Shown: piece by piece, positions 37,270 through 46,984 of the stretch
Layout of the letters: the number at the start of each line of letters is the position of its first letter
Numbering within the stretch: position 1 is the stretch's first letter
IMG/VR virus record: IMGVR_UViG_3300023170_004399
Span: 192,001 to 256,000 of that record
From: a virus
Lineage: Duplodnaviria; Caudoviricetes
Length of the DNA stretch: 64,000 nt
Direction: 5' to 3' (one strand)
Position numbers and translations under genes: made by a program
The notes under the pieces: model-generated
The model's database searches: none
What the model was told of the DNA's origin: nothing
Seen by the model: only the letters and a program-made list of their open reading frames with translations

Positions 37270-37806
37270 ATGTTTAGAAAAATATTGCACTACCCAGCTG
37301 AGCCACTTAAAAAATGGTGTGATGAATATAATGAAGCTGATTTTGAAAATACTGATGATTTGATATCATTGGCTACTGATCTTATTGATACTTGTAACAT
37401 TTCTAATGGAGCAGGGTTAGCAGCTAACCAAATTGGTGTCTGCAAGCAAATGGTGGTTATTAAACCATCTGCATTCGGTTTAGAAAACCCTGAAGCTAAT
37501 GGAATTAATGATGATTATTTGGTAATCATTAATCCAAAAATAATAGTACAAGGTGAAGATAAACAGAAATGGTCTGAACAATGTCTAAGTGTTCCAAACT
37601 TAGATGTTAATATTGTTAGGCATGAAAACATTGTATTACAATATAAAAATCTTAAAGGTGAAATGCAGTACGTTAAAGCAGGTTGGCCATTTTCAGGTGG
37701 CATCCAGCACGAATGTGACCATGTATTAGGGCATACAGTGTTAGACAAAGTTGATAAAAAACTTAAGTCGTTTTATATTAAAAGATATTATAAAAGAAAT
37801 AAGTAA
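37270..37806 (+). CDS. def: peptide deformylase
   Basis: GAGLAANQIG, EQCLSVP, QHECDHVLG. Confidence 0.93.
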   Translation: MFRKILHYPAEPLKKWCDEYNEADFENTDDLISLATDLIDTCNISNGAGLAANQIGVCKQMVVIKPSAFGLENPEANGINDDYLVIINPKIIVQGEDKQKWSEQCLSVPNLDVNIVRHENIVLQYKNLKGEMQYVKAGWPFSGGIQHECDHVLGHTVLDKVDKKLKSFYIKRYYKRNK

Positions 37807-37811
37807 CAGTA

Positions 37812-37819
37812 TATTTATT
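37812..37819 (+). promoter_or_regulatory. candidate late promoter TATTTATT
   Basis: ATATTTAT immediately before the AGGAG RBS. Confidence 0.4.
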
Positions 37820-37833
37820 AGTAGGAGTTATGA

Positions 37834-38127
37834 ATGTTTAATTTAGGTAATAAACCAATTGGTCCTCTTGGACACGCACAGCAAAATGCTAAACAGTTTG
37901 TTTTAAATATGGAACGTACATATTATTTTAATAAGTTAGTTGATGAGTTAGAAAAGTTAAAACCCTTATTAGAGTCGGAAAATGTTGCAGAAAAAACATT
38001 AGCAATTGCGCTTTATGCTGAGCTGGAAGCACAGTTGGAAGAGATTATGCTCGGGGAGAACATCGATGACAAAAACAGCAGACGAAAGAAGTCGCTTAGT
38101 GAACTATTTAAAGGAAGTGTATTCTGA
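37834..38127 (+). CDS. hypothetical protein
   Basis: AGGAG RBS. Confidence 0.6.
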   Translation: MFNLGNKPIGPLGHAQQNAKQFVLNMERTYYFNKLVDELEKLKPLLESENVAEKTLAIALYAELEAQLEEIMLGENIDDKNSRRKKSLSELFKGSVF

Positions 38128-38308
38128 TTTATCAGACCTTCAACAAGAGAAAAAGTTGCATAGTATACTAGTACGCTTAAGTAATGTGCCAGATTTTCTA
38201 ACTTTAGAAATATTGTTAGATATGGCACAGGTACTTAAGGATGATGGATGGAATATGATAGATATCTTAGCTCATTTTGATATGCTAGATTACGATGAAA
38301 GGACATAA
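38117..38308 (+). CDS. hypothetical protein
   Basis: Probable GTG start overlapping the upstream gene. Confidence 0.45.
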   Translation: MYSDLSDLQQEKKLHSILVRLSNVPDFLTLEILLDMAQVLKDDGWNMIDILAHFDMLDYDERT

Positions 38309-38310
38309 AA

Positions 38311-38586
38311 ATGTTAGCCATAGATTTTCAACATTACAAAGATAATAAACAAATTAAAAAAATACCAGTTGAAGAACCAGCGGAAATAGCTGAACCATCT
38401 TCAGATGAATTATTGTATGCGCTTGAATTGTCTATGCCAGAAATTATAATAGAGTTACAAGCTCGAGCAGAAGGTGGTGAAACCTTACACAGTGAAATAA
38501 GCACTGATGTTTTATTAGCAGAAGCCATTGCTCGCTTGATAGGATATGAAAACTTTTTATTGGATTATGTAAATGAACAAACTTGA
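38311..38586 (+). CDS. hypothetical acidic protein
   Basis: AGGA RBS. Confidence 0.6.
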   Translation: MLAIDFQHYKDNKQIKKIPVEEPAEIAEPSSDELLYALELSMPEIIIELQARAEGGETLHSEISTDVLLAEAIARLIGYENFLLDYVNEQT

Positions 38587-38899
38587 CCACATTGCTATCA
38601 ATGTTTCATCAATAAAAAACTCAATTGATTTTTACAGTCAGTTGGGTTTTTCCATTTTGTATGCGGATGAAACTTGGGCTCTTTTGCGTTTAAACGATAT
38701 AAAGCTAGCTTTAACTTTAGCAGAACAGCATAAGCCTCATTTTGCTATTTCAGTAGCTGATGAACGCGATTTAATGTATTTTTATGACAACTATAATAAA
38801 GATATCGCAGAACATAGAGATGGAAGTAAATATATATATATAGATGATCCGGATGGAAACACTATAGAATACATTTATTGGCCGAAGAAAGATGAATAA
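38573..38899 (+). CDS. VOC/glyoxalase-family protein
   Basis: LDHIAINV...SIDFYSQLG, HFAISV, YIDDPDGNTIE. Confidence 0.88.
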   Translation: MNKLDHIAINVSSIKNSIDFYSQLGFSILYADETWALLRLNDIKLALTLAEQHKPHFAISVADERDLMYFYDNYNKDIAEHRDGSKYIYIDDPDGNTIEYIYWPKKDE

Positions 38900-39632
38900 A
38901 TTACGATATTTTATTAGAAAGATAATATTAGAAAATAAACAATCTTTTTTAAAAGACTTACTTAATCACCCTGACTGGTTTGAAGGTAGTAGTGCAGTTA
39001 AGACAAACAAAAATTTCATGTATAAAGAAGGAAGAAGAGCGGGAAGAGTAGTTAAGAAAATATGGGCGAAACATGTTGATCGAGCTTTTGTCGACTCACT
39101 AATATATGTACACTACACTGATCCAACTGATTTTAAATATGGTGACACAGCAAAGTATTTTATTCCGGGTGGTAGTAAAGATGAGATATCATGTGAAGCA
39201 TTCGATGATGAAAGGTTTGTAAGATATAAAAGTTTTCATGGTAGTATGGGTTTAATTATTCAAGGTCACGTAACGCTGCTAGCAAATGACGAAAACAAGG
39301 TACACACGTCTTCTAGTAAATATTATGACATGGAGTTACCAAATCTAAAAAATACATCGGGCATAAACAAAGGTGTCACAGAATATGTTGCTGACACATA
39401 CGTGCTTGACAAAGAATCTTTTGTAAGACCACGATCAGAAGCTTCTCGGAACGAAGCGCTTCTTGATAATTGGAACGTTGTTGCAGTTTTGTGTGATGAC
39501 AGAAGGCAAAGATCTAGTTTAAAGAAATTTTTGCAAGAAGAAGGATACGATGTTCCTGTTTTAGATCCATCTGTTGATGATTTATCTTCTTATACAAACA
39601 AGGTGCACTATGAACAATCTTTATATATTTGA
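38892..39632 (+). CDS. leader-bearing protein, possible ADP-ribosyltransferase-like fold (paralog of 48182)
   Basis: Leader MNKLRYFIRKIILE; YVH...DEISC...GLIIQG...NEALLDNW shared with 48182. Confidence 0.6.
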   Translation: MNKLRYFIRKIILENKQSFLKDLLNHPDWFEGSSAVKTNKNFMYKEGRRAGRVVKKIWAKHVDRAFVDSLIYVHYTDPTDFKYGDTAKYFIPGGSKDEISCEAFDDERFVRYKSFHGSMGLIIQGHVTLLANDENKVHTSSSKYYDMELPNLKNTSGINKGVTEYVADTYVLDKESFVRPRSEASRNEALLDNWNVVAVLCDDRRQRSSLKKFLQEEGYDVPVLDPSVDDLSSYTNKVHYEQSLYI

Positions 39633-40275
39633 TTTTGATGATACGCTTGTCCACACAACTTCCAAAATATATGTACATCGTGGGAATGAAACATTTGGTT
39701 TTAACACCAAAGAATATCGCGATTTTAAAATACAAAAAGGCGACATGTTAGATTTTCATGAGTTTGATGATGTAAAAGATGGCACGCCTATTGCTTCTAC
39801 AATGGCTGCGCTAGAATTTGCTATTTCAACAGAAGGCGTAGAAAACGTGCATATTGTCACTGCTCGAGCTTATGCAGAACCAGTTAGAAGATTTTTACAA
39901 GCAAAAATGCCTGCTGTACCAGAAGTGCATGCAACTGCGGGTGCTGAGAATAAAGCAGCTTGGTTAGTTAATAAGCTATCGCATGATGATTATAATAAAG
40001 TTATAGTGTATGAAGATTCTCGAGAAAATCTAGATATGTTTAAAGCTATTATAGACGTATACAATGTACAACATAATACTAGCATAGATTTTGAGGAACA
40101 CCATATTCATGAAGCAGCTGCAAATAGAAAAAACTTAATGTTAGATAGACCAACAATGCATGGAGGTTGGCCTAATGGTGAATATAAAAAACCAGTGAAA
40201 GATCAAATAATGGATTGGTTTGAAAGCATGGGTTTTGCGGAAACTGATTTTGAAGACAAGGTGTATGGGGATTAA
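39610..40275 (+). CDS. HAD-superfamily phosphatase
   Basis: LYIFDFDDTL (DxD), IVTAR, K, YEDS..NL. Confidence 0.8.
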   Translation: MNNLYIFDFDDTLVHTTSKIYVHRGNETFGFNTKEYRDFKIQKGDMLDFHEFDDVKDGTPIASTMAALEFAISTEGVENVHIVTARAYAEPVRRFLQAKMPAVPEVHATAGAENKAAWLVNKLSHDDYNKVIVYEDSRENLDMFKAIIDVYNVQHNTSIDFEEHHIHEAAANRKNLMLDRPTMHGGWPNGEYKKPVKDQIMDWFESMGFAETDFEDKVYGD

Positions 40276-40279
40276 AAAA

Positions 40280-40867
40280 ATGATTTACAGAAATATAATA
40301 AAAGGATGGAAGCGATTTTTACAAGAAGGCTCAGAAGCTATATCTTGCCCAAAAGCAACTCAAGATGTAAAGCTCAACACAATTAATAGAAACAAGTGTA
40401 GAGATGATCACGTGTATGGACCTATGAATCCACTTGATGAAAGCAATTCTTTTTGGCAAAAAATAGCTAATAAATGGAATAGCGCTAGCGCTCATGAAGC
40501 AAAGGGAATGCGGTGTGGTAACTGTATTGCTTTTGATGTTTCACCAAGAATGCGTGAATGTATTCCTATCGTACAGAGTCAATACAAAGATGAGCCAGTT
40601 TTGAATGGTAAAAACAATATTACGTTTAACATAAAAATAGAAAACGTAGAAGGCAACTCTTTTGATGACGTCGATAAAAAAATTGCAAAGAAAAAAGCAG
40701 CTGACTTCCCAGACATGCCAGAAAATGCTGATGCTGGTTTCGGCTACTGTTGGATGCATCATTTTAAATGTCACGGTGCAAGAACATGCGATACTTGGGC
40801 AGGCGGTGGACCAATAGTTGATGATGACCAGTCATACGATGAACAAGAGAAAATTAACCAGGAATAG
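40280..40867 (+). CDS. Cys-rich phage protein with leader
   Basis: Leader MIYRNIIKGWKRFLQE; CPKATQD, CGNC, YCWMHHFKCHGARTC. Confidence 0.7.
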   Translation: MIYRNIIKGWKRFLQEGSEAISCPKATQDVKLNTINRNKCRDDHVYGPMNPLDESNSFWQKIANKWNSASAHEAKGMRCGNCIAFDVSPRMRECIPIVQSQYKDEPVLNGKNNITFNIKIENVEGNSFDDVDKKIAKKKAADFPDMPENADAGFGYCWMHHFKCHGARTCDTWAGGGPIVDDDQSYDEQEKINQE

Positions 40868-41396
40868 ATCTGTATAACATGTCCCACTTGTTACGCAGGT
40901 CTTTGTCATTCTTGCCATAATTTGTTACGTGCATACAGTCATCTTTGTAATGTATGTCAAGCATATCACCACAAATTGATTTAATTGTTTTAAACACATC
41001 GTATGGCAATAGAATACCAATATAACCAACGAATTCATTTTCTAAACCATTTAAAAGAAAATCTTGTTTTGAGTTTAACTTTATGTTGTTAACACTGAAT
41101 GATTTTCCCGTTGTACAACACTTTGCTTTGTCAACGTTTTTGATTTTATCGTAAGTATCATTGATTGTATCGTAAGAAAATGCATGGCCTTGACAAGATG
41201 GTGTTGTACGATATTTTTTATTCCAACATTTCTTAACTATAGGCTTAAGGTATTCGTCTGTAGTTTTATATATCTGCTTGTTATTAATACAAGAATTAAC
41301 TTTAGCAGTAGGCTTATGCAAATACCAACCGCAATCGGTTTCGTACCAACGGCAATACGCTTGTTCTTTGCCATGTTTAATATTGCCATTCCACAT
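40854..41396 (-). CDS. hypothetical protein
   Basis: 180 aa ORF, GGAG-like RBS, last gene of the minus-strand block. Confidence 0.65.
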   Translation of the reverse strand: MWNGNIKHGKEQAYCRWYETDCGWYLHKPTAKVNSCINNKQIYKTTDEYLKPIVKKCWNKKYRTTPSCQGHAFSYDTINDTYDKIKNVDKAKCCTTGKSFSVNNIKLNSKQDFLLNGLENEFVGYIGILLPYDVFKTIKSICGDMLDIHYKDDCMHVTNYGKNDKDLRNKWDMLYRSIPG

Positions 41397-41398
41397 AT

Positions 41399-42406
41399 CT
41401 ATTTCTTTTTGGCTTTCGATTTTTTAACTGTTGCCCATGATTTACTTGGATTTGCAGAGTTTACACGAGCCATTGCCCATTGATGTTGTGACATTCCTTT
41501 ACGAGAACCAGAGGTAGCCCATGCAGCAAGACCTTTTCTATATTCGGAATAAACAGAACCTGGTGTCAAGCCACGTGAATTTGCTTTCTTTCTAAGAGTT
41601 TCTTTTGTTTTTGCTGACAAACCACCTGACGAACTGGATTTTCTCTTTGTGCTTTTTCTTGTAGATTTTTTCCTTCTGCTTCCAGGTTTAGGCCCTGGTT
41701 TTTTACCTTTTCTGCGTCTCTTCCTTTTTTCTGTTAACTCAATAACTTCAAGTAGCAAGTCTAAATCGCTATATACACTTTCATTAGCAGATTTTGAATC
41801 TGATCTAGGCACATTTTTGAAACTGTCCTTTTTCCTTTCCTCATCTTCTACCCTCGCACGGTCTGCATATATTTTTGCCTTTTTCTCTTTTGCCTGTGCA
41901 GCTGTGATTTTACCAGCCTCTAAATCTTTATCTATATTCTTTAATCCATCTGATGCATCAGTTAAATGTTTTCCGCGAGTTTGGCCTTTATGTGTCTTAG
42001 ATTGTGGGCTATATTGTGGAGGGTGTTTCTTTGCTTCATCAGTTTCATTTAATTCTTTGCCAGTTGATGTACTATATTTTTTACCATCGAAGGTGAATGA
42101 TTTTTTACCAGCTTTTTTGGCCTTCTTTTTTTCTTCACTGAATGCCCACGTGTAACTGTTTTCATCTGTTTCATCTATTTCTGCTAAAATTTTGTCTAAA
42201 CTTCTCACATGCATTTCTCTCGGCCCTCCTTCAATGGCAGATCTTTGTGCGTTTGCTTTCTTTTTACTAGTGTGGCAACCAGCTCTGACGTAACCAGCTT
42301 TTGTTTTCTTCTTCTTGGTCTTTTTTTTAGGCTTGTATTCTAAAACATATTTACCTTTTTTGCCATCAGACCTACGGCACTTAACTTTTCTAACTCTATA
42401 AGGCAT
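41399..42406 (-). CDS. basic modular phage protein (C-terminal domain resembles DUF5824, from memory)
   Basis: Lys-rich; TLRKKA...VYSEYRKGLAAWATSGSRKGMSQHQWAMARVNS. Confidence 0.75.
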   Translation of the reverse strand: MPYRVRKVKCRRSDGKKGKYVLEYKPKKKTKKKKTKAGYVRAGCHTSKKKANAQRSAIEGGPREMHVRSLDKILAEIDETDENSYTWAFSEEKKKAKKAGKKSFTFDGKKYSTSTGKELNETDEAKKHPPQYSPQSKTHKGQTRGKHLTDASDGLKNIDKDLEAGKITAAQAKEKKAKIYADRARVEDEERKKDSFKNVPRSDSKSANESVYSDLDLLLEVIELTEKRKRRRKGKKPGPKPGSRRKKSTRKSTKRKSSSSGGLSAKTKETLRKKANSRGLTPGSVYSEYRKGLAAWATSGSRKGMSQHQWAMARVNSANPSKSWATVKKSKAKKK

Positions 42407-42408
42407 TC

Positions 42409-42690
42409 TTACATTCCTTGCATACGGTTACTTTCTGTAATTTCTAAAACGAGATCACCATCACCTTTAATTATTCTATGATATTCGTTTTTTGGTATAA
42501 AAAAGTGTAGCCCTTCATATATTTCAAAAGGGACTTCATTATCAAATTGAAATTGCCATTTACCGGAGACAACACGGATATGCCTATCATTAGCATCTCT
42601 GTGCCACACTAATTCTTTTTCTGGAGTTTCTTTTTTAAAAACTCTTTTAAATGTATGTTGATCAACTTTTATATCTTCGTAAGGTTTCAT
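42409..42690 (-). CDS. small cupin-like protein
   Basis: WHRD..DRHIRVVSG.W.FQFD...FIPKNEYHRIIKG. Confidence 0.7.
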   Translation of the reverse strand: MKPYEDIKVDQHTFKRVFKKETPEKELVWHRDANDRHIRVVSGKWQFQFDNEVPFEIYEGLHFFIPKNEYHRIIKGDGDLVLEITESNRMQGM

Positions 42691-42691
42691 G

Positions 42692-43348
42692 TTACCACCA
42701 TGTGAATTTACTTTTTCCGCCAGTTAGATTAGGGTATCTGCCAATACGACAAGCCCAATAACCGGCCGTAGTTTTATCTTTTTTCTCTGGGCATCGATGT
42801 CTTGCTGAAAAGCTTTTTCTTCTTTTAGGGTCTTTCAATCCAACACTCATGCCTTTTGCGCCAAAAGAAACTTTTTTAATATTCTTTGTTTTAGGGTCGC
42901 GAACATAAACATAAAACTTCTTAGATCCACCACGAGCTGGTTTGTTCAGTGTAACTTTTCTGCCTTGATAATAAGAACCAGATTTTTTCTTAGTTTTACT
43001 TTTAGACTTTCTTTTCTTTCGTCTTTTTTTGCGAGCTTCATCTAATACATAATCATATTCTATTGGCCAATCAAGTGGTACTAACTCACCGTTATAATAA
43101 TCAAATTTGCCTATATCAGTTTCTAATAGATAGTATTGCTCATCAGCATCTGCATTATACAGACCTTCTTTAAGATATATACGAGCTTCAAAAAATAAAT
43201 CAAAAAACTGTTTTGAATCTGGTCTAAATATATTTTTTGAAAGTGGTATTCCTTTCTCAATGTGGTATTTAAAACCTGATGAAATATTTTCACTGAGAAG
43301 GTTTTTATTTTTATTGCATCGATTGATGTATTCTAATAGTAAATTCAT
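42692..43348 (-). CDS. phage protein with basic C-terminal domain (resembles DUF6321, from memory)
   Basis: LNKPARGGSKKFYVYV...KKVSFGA...RRKSFSARHRC...AGYWAC; leader with LLLE/LLSE. Confidence 0.75.
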   Translation of the reverse strand: MNLLLEYINRCNKNKNLLSENISSGFKYHIEKGIPLSKNIFRPDSKQFFDLFFEARIYLKEGLYNADADEQYYLLETDIGKFDYYNGELVPLDWPIEYDYVLDEARKKRRKKRKSKSKTKKKSGSYYQGRKVTLNKPARGGSKKFYVYVRDPKTKNIKKVSFGAKGMSVGLKDPKRRKSFSARHRCPEKKDKTTAGYWACRIGRYPNLTGGKSKFTWW

Positions 43349-44217
43349 TTTTTACTCTTTCCGATTATTGTTTCTATTGATTTAATAATGCCACTAGTGA
43401 TAATGTTAACAATTTTATAAAAATTATTTAGATTAAAATTTTGTTTATCTTCATATTGGTGCCCATGGCGATAGTGAGGATGCTCTCGGTCAATTCCGTT
43501 TAAAACAATTTTTTTTCTAAAGTACTTTCCGTGATATCTATCCATGTAATGATCACCAACTATATTAACAGTTGCATTAATATTGTTTCTAGCCAATTCA
43601 TTAATGATGTAGTTTTTATATTCTTCATTCAAACCTGTTTCATATGTTCTATCACGACGGTCTTGCCTCTCACCGGTGACGGGATGTAAATAATATGTTT
43701 TTATAGTTGGTATGCCAAATGCTAGGCCGGCTAACACTCGGCGGTGCGGATCTCTTTTATCAACTTCAGATAGTGTATATATATTAGTGTTTTTTATGTC
43801 AATTTTATATACGAGATATGGCTGGGCGTTTTTTGAATCTCCCGGCCAATATTGATTGTGAGTAATAGAAAACCTACCTATTTTTTCATCATTCTCTAAG
43901 ATAGTATCACCTAACTCAGCGCAGTAATTATTTAATACGCCTATGATTTTGCTTCTTGCACCTTCCGACATACCCTTCATCGCGTTCGCATTGCCATCTG
44001 CACCAGTAAAAATTGGTCTTAGATTTACTAAATAATCAGGATCATCTTCTAATGTTGTTAATAAATTTTCGAACTGATGATATACCTCTACAGATGGGTC
44101 TTTTAAATGACGTTGTATCTTTAAGACATTAAGAAAAGCCTGGTCTTTTTCCTCCTGAGTTTTTTCAGATTCTAAAATTAATTTCTGTATATATTTTGTT
44201 AACAAATTGTTATTCAT
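43345..44217 (-). CDS. hypothetical, probable virion protein
   Basis: Leader MNNNLLTKYIQKLILE. Confidence 0.7.
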   Translation of the reverse strand: MNNNLLTKYIQKLILESEKTQEEKDQAFLNVLKIQRHLKDPSVEVYHQFENLLTTLEDDPDYLVNLRPIFTGADGNANAMKGMSEGARSKIIGVLNNYCAELGDTILENDEKIGRFSITHNQYWPGDSKNAQPYLVYKIDIKNTNIYTLSEVDKRDPHRRVLAGLAFGIPTIKTYYLHPVTGERQDRRDRTYETGLNEEYKNYIINELARNNINATVNIVGDHYMDRYHGKYFRKKIVLNGIDREHPHYRHGHQYEDKQNFNLNNFYKIVNIITSGIIKSIETIIGKSKK

Positions 44218-44224
44218 TTTTTAC

Positions 44225-44262
44225 CTGTAAAATTTGCAAAAGTTTTATATAATAATTATATT
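44225..44262 (+). promoter_or_regulatory. sigma70-type phage promoter in a divergent intergenic region
   Basis: CTGTAAAAT-TTGCAA-17 bp-TATATT. Confidence 0.8.
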
Positions 44263-44288
44263 ATATATACTAAACTCAAGGAGAAAAT

Positions 44289-45200
44289 ATGTCTATTCGT
44301 TTCGGTTACGCTTGCATTAACCTACATTTATCTGAAACAAAGAAACTTACACCTGGTGGAACGTGTCGTAAAGCGACATGGCAATCAAAAGGTTTGCCAC
44401 ACGTGGGTGAAATATTTGAACGCAATATTAACGCAATGTATGAAATACTGCAGTGGAATGCTAATAATGGGTTTAATGTATATCGTATGACTTCAAATAT
44501 GGCACCATGGTCATCAGAATATAATCTTTCTGATTTACCTAATGCAGAACGTTGCTTCGCTTTATTAAAGCAATGTGGCGATTTTGCAAAACAAACAAAC
44601 CAAAGATTATCATTTCATCCTGGTCAGTTTGTGGTCTTAGCATCAAAGAATGAAAAGGTTATAAAAAACTCTATCAAAGAATTAGAAACACATGGTGAAA
44701 TCATGGATTTATTGGGCGTACCAAGAAACCATTATGGTAAAATCAATATTCATGTGGGTGGTGCTTATGGTGACAAAAAAGCAACAGCTGACAGGTTCTT
44801 ACAAAATTTTGCAAAGCTAAGTGATGCTGTTAAACCAAGATTAACTGTTGAGAATGATGACAGAGTAAGTTTGTTCAGCACAAAAGAATTACATGAAATG
44901 ATATATGAAAAATCTGGTATACCTATAGTGTTTGATTATCATCATCACGTCTGTCACCCTGATGGTTTGACAGAACAACAAGCGCTTGAATTAGGGCTTA
45001 GTACATGGGATAATGTAAGACCAACAACCCACTATTCTGAAAGTGCACAAGTAGAAGGTAAAAAAGCTCCTTTCCGTGCACATTCAGAATACGTGTATTC
45101 ATTTATTAACGATTATGGTAATGACTTCGATTGTGTCATTGAAGCAAAAGCTAAAGAGCAAGCAGTCATCAAATATTTAAAGGAGCATGGTAATGCGTAG
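44289..45200 (+). CDS. uvsE: UV damage endonuclease (UVDE)
   Basis: RFGYACIN, YRMTS, RLSFHPGQF, NIHVGG, LTVENDD, VFDYHHH, HYSES, IEAKAKE. Confidence 0.95.
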   Translation: MSIRFGYACINLHLSETKKLTPGGTCRKATWQSKGLPHVGEIFERNINAMYEILQWNANNGFNVYRMTSNMAPWSSEYNLSDLPNAERCFALLKQCGDFAKQTNQRLSFHPGQFVVLASKNEKVIKNSIKELETHGEIMDLLGVPRNHYGKINIHVGGAYGDKKATADRFLQNFAKLSDAVKPRLTVENDDRVSLFSTKELHEMIYEKSGIPIVFDYHHHVCHPDGLTEQQALELGLSTWDNVRPTTHYSESAQVEGKKAPFRAHSEYVYSFINDYGNDFDCVIEAKAKEQAVIKYLKEHGNA

Positions 45201-46206
45201 TGTGCATGAAAGTTATGGAGCACTTAAATACACATGTGAAAAAGATATAAAAGTTTTGAAAGAAAAATGTGTAAAATCAAATCTACCACATGCAGCAAAG
45301 TTTGTTGATATGTGTTTGAAAAATACTTACAAACTTATTCCTAAACGTGTGAGAAGACAGAACAGTCTTTCAAACAGTGGAAAGAAAAAACATAGGCCTT
45401 TGCGTAATAGAGCACATGGTATATATAAGGAAATGGCAGCTTGTCTAAATGTGCTTCATATAGTTCTGAACAAAAATGATAACGATATTTTTTTTGGTTT
45501 TAAAAATAATATAGATCCTCATTTTAAAATTTTAAACTCATTGTTTAAAAGTCTTAAATATTGTTTTACAAACCGGTTAAGATCTGAAATGGGCATTATC
45601 CAGTTTTATATTCGGAATAAATTTTTTGACAGTTATGTAAATGATAATCAACAGTTTCTAGAAATATTTAATCTAAGAGTAAAAAAGTTTCAGAGACAAG
45701 GCAAAAAATACTCAATGGACGAACATGTTTTTAAGAAGTTAGTAGCTAGTCATGATGCTTACTTAAGTTACATACACACACATCATTTAGAGTTTGAAAT
45801 GGAAGCGTATGTAAAATTAAAAGATTACAAGCTAATGTCAAAAGAATATTTTAAACTTTACCATGTTGCTAGTATAATACATAACTACATAACTGGTCTA
45901 AGAAATCACGTGTTGCCTGAAGAGATAGACACTTTTATAAAACTTATGAACAGAAGAAGATTAGAATTAATTAGTATTAATCAAAAAACTCCGATCGGCA
46001 CATTAGTAAAGTTAAAAGAAGGTTATATAGGCTGCTATTATGATGAAGATGAAGATCCTACTACTGTGGGAATTACACTGAGCAAAATATTTGGTGATAG
46101 CAATTATCTTAATAGTGGAATGGTAGTAGAAGTATTGTGTAATAAAAAAGTAGAAATATTTAGAATAAAACATTTGGAAGTCATTAATGAGACCAATAAA
46201 CAATAA
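45187..46206 (+). CDS. hypothetical protein with C-terminal KOW/SH3-like module
   Basis: 339 aa ORF ending PIGTLVKLK...GITL...VEVLC. Confidence 0.65.
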   Translation: MVMRSVHESYGALKYTCEKDIKVLKEKCVKSNLPHAAKFVDMCLKNTYKLIPKRVRRQNSLSNSGKKKHRPLRNRAHGIYKEMAACLNVLHIVLNKNDNDIFFGFKNNIDPHFKILNSLFKSLKYCFTNRLRSEMGIIQFYIRNKFFDSYVNDNQQFLEIFNLRVKKFQRQGKKYSMDEHVFKKLVASHDAYLSYIHTHHLEFEMEAYVKLKDYKLMSKEYFKLYHVASIIHNYITGLRNHVLPEEIDTFIKLMNRRRLELISINQKTPIGTLVKLKEGYIGCYYDEDEDPTTVGITLSKIFGDSNYLNSGMVVEVLCNKKVEIFRIKHLEVINETNKQ

Positions 46207-46444
46207 CAACACAGAAAATTTTGATAAGTCAACTAATGTCGGTAAACTAGCTAGATATTATATTTATAATAAAGATGGTTTTATTGAAGGCGTAAGTCAT
46301 GGAATTATCACTGAATTTAAATACTTAATGTACGGAGATAAATATTTATATTATTACACGATTATATCAGGAGGTTCTGCACCAATAACACTTGATGTTG
46401 ATGATGTTGAAATTATCGAAGATGAAAATAGGGACTTTGGTTAA
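46187..46444 (+). CDS. small SH3-like protein
   Basis: VGKLARY...HGIITE...YYTII beta pattern. Confidence 0.55.
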   Translation: MRPINNNNTENFDKSTNVGKLARYYIYNKDGFIEGVSHGIITEFKYLMYGDKYLYYYTIISGGSAPITLDVDDVEIIEDENRDFG

Positions 46445-46616
46445 ATTTATTGAAGAAGAAACTAGACAAGAAATGGTTGGGATTATTGTCTCAAAACCTT
46501 ATGAAAAATCATTTTCGTTTGACCCTAAACATGTAAGTATATACATTGCTGTTGATGTACAGTGTCATGACAAGTGTTATCAGGTACCCATATCAGATCT
46601 AAAGAAGGTTACTTGA
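46422..46616 (+). CDS. small KOW/SH3-like protein
   Basis: MKIGTLVKF...VGIIV...V.ISDLKKV. Confidence 0.6.
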   Translation: MKIGTLVKFIEEETRQEMVGIIVSKPYEKSFSFDPKHVSIYIAVDVQCHDKCYQVPISDLKKVT

Positions 46617-46921
46617 CGTATAATAAATATCTCTACGTTATCCAGTCCGATGTGACTGGTGCTGTAAAAATAGGAATATCAACAGACCCACAAAAAAGAC
46701 TAAAACAATTACAAACCGGTTCACCTTATAAGCTCAAACTTCTGTGTAGCATTGCTAACATGTCACACAGAGAAAAAATAATTCACAATAAACTAAAGGA
46801 TTATAAGATGAGCTGTAAAGGTGAATGGTTTGATTTTTCTTGCACCGCAAGCTTACCGACATGGATTACTGAAGCGATCGATTGGAATGTAGCTAATACT
46901 TGGTGGGAAAAAAATAAATAA
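46613..46921 (+). CDS. GIY-YIG (T5orf172/MUG113-like) protein
   Basis: YLYVIQ...VKIGIS.DP.KRLKQLQTGSP...E..H...GEWF; probable TTG start. Confidence 0.85.
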   Translation: MTYNKYLYVIQSDVTGAVKIGISTDPQKRLKQLQTGSPYKLKLLCSIANMSHREKIIHNKLKDYKMSCKGEWFDFSCTASLPTWITEAIDWNVANTWWEKNK

Positions 46922-46984
46922 ATTTTTTATACAAATTAAATTAGCGTATAGAATTTAATTACTAATTAACTAACCGGAGTACTT

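Noticed and set aside
41649-42155. 168-aa + strand ORF and the many other antisense ORFs in the track (for example 590-817, 15425-15853, 18482-18895, 21481-22044, 31890-32297)
   Set aside because: Shadows of real genes on the opposite strand; Ser/Phe/Leu-rich mirror composition and no RBS
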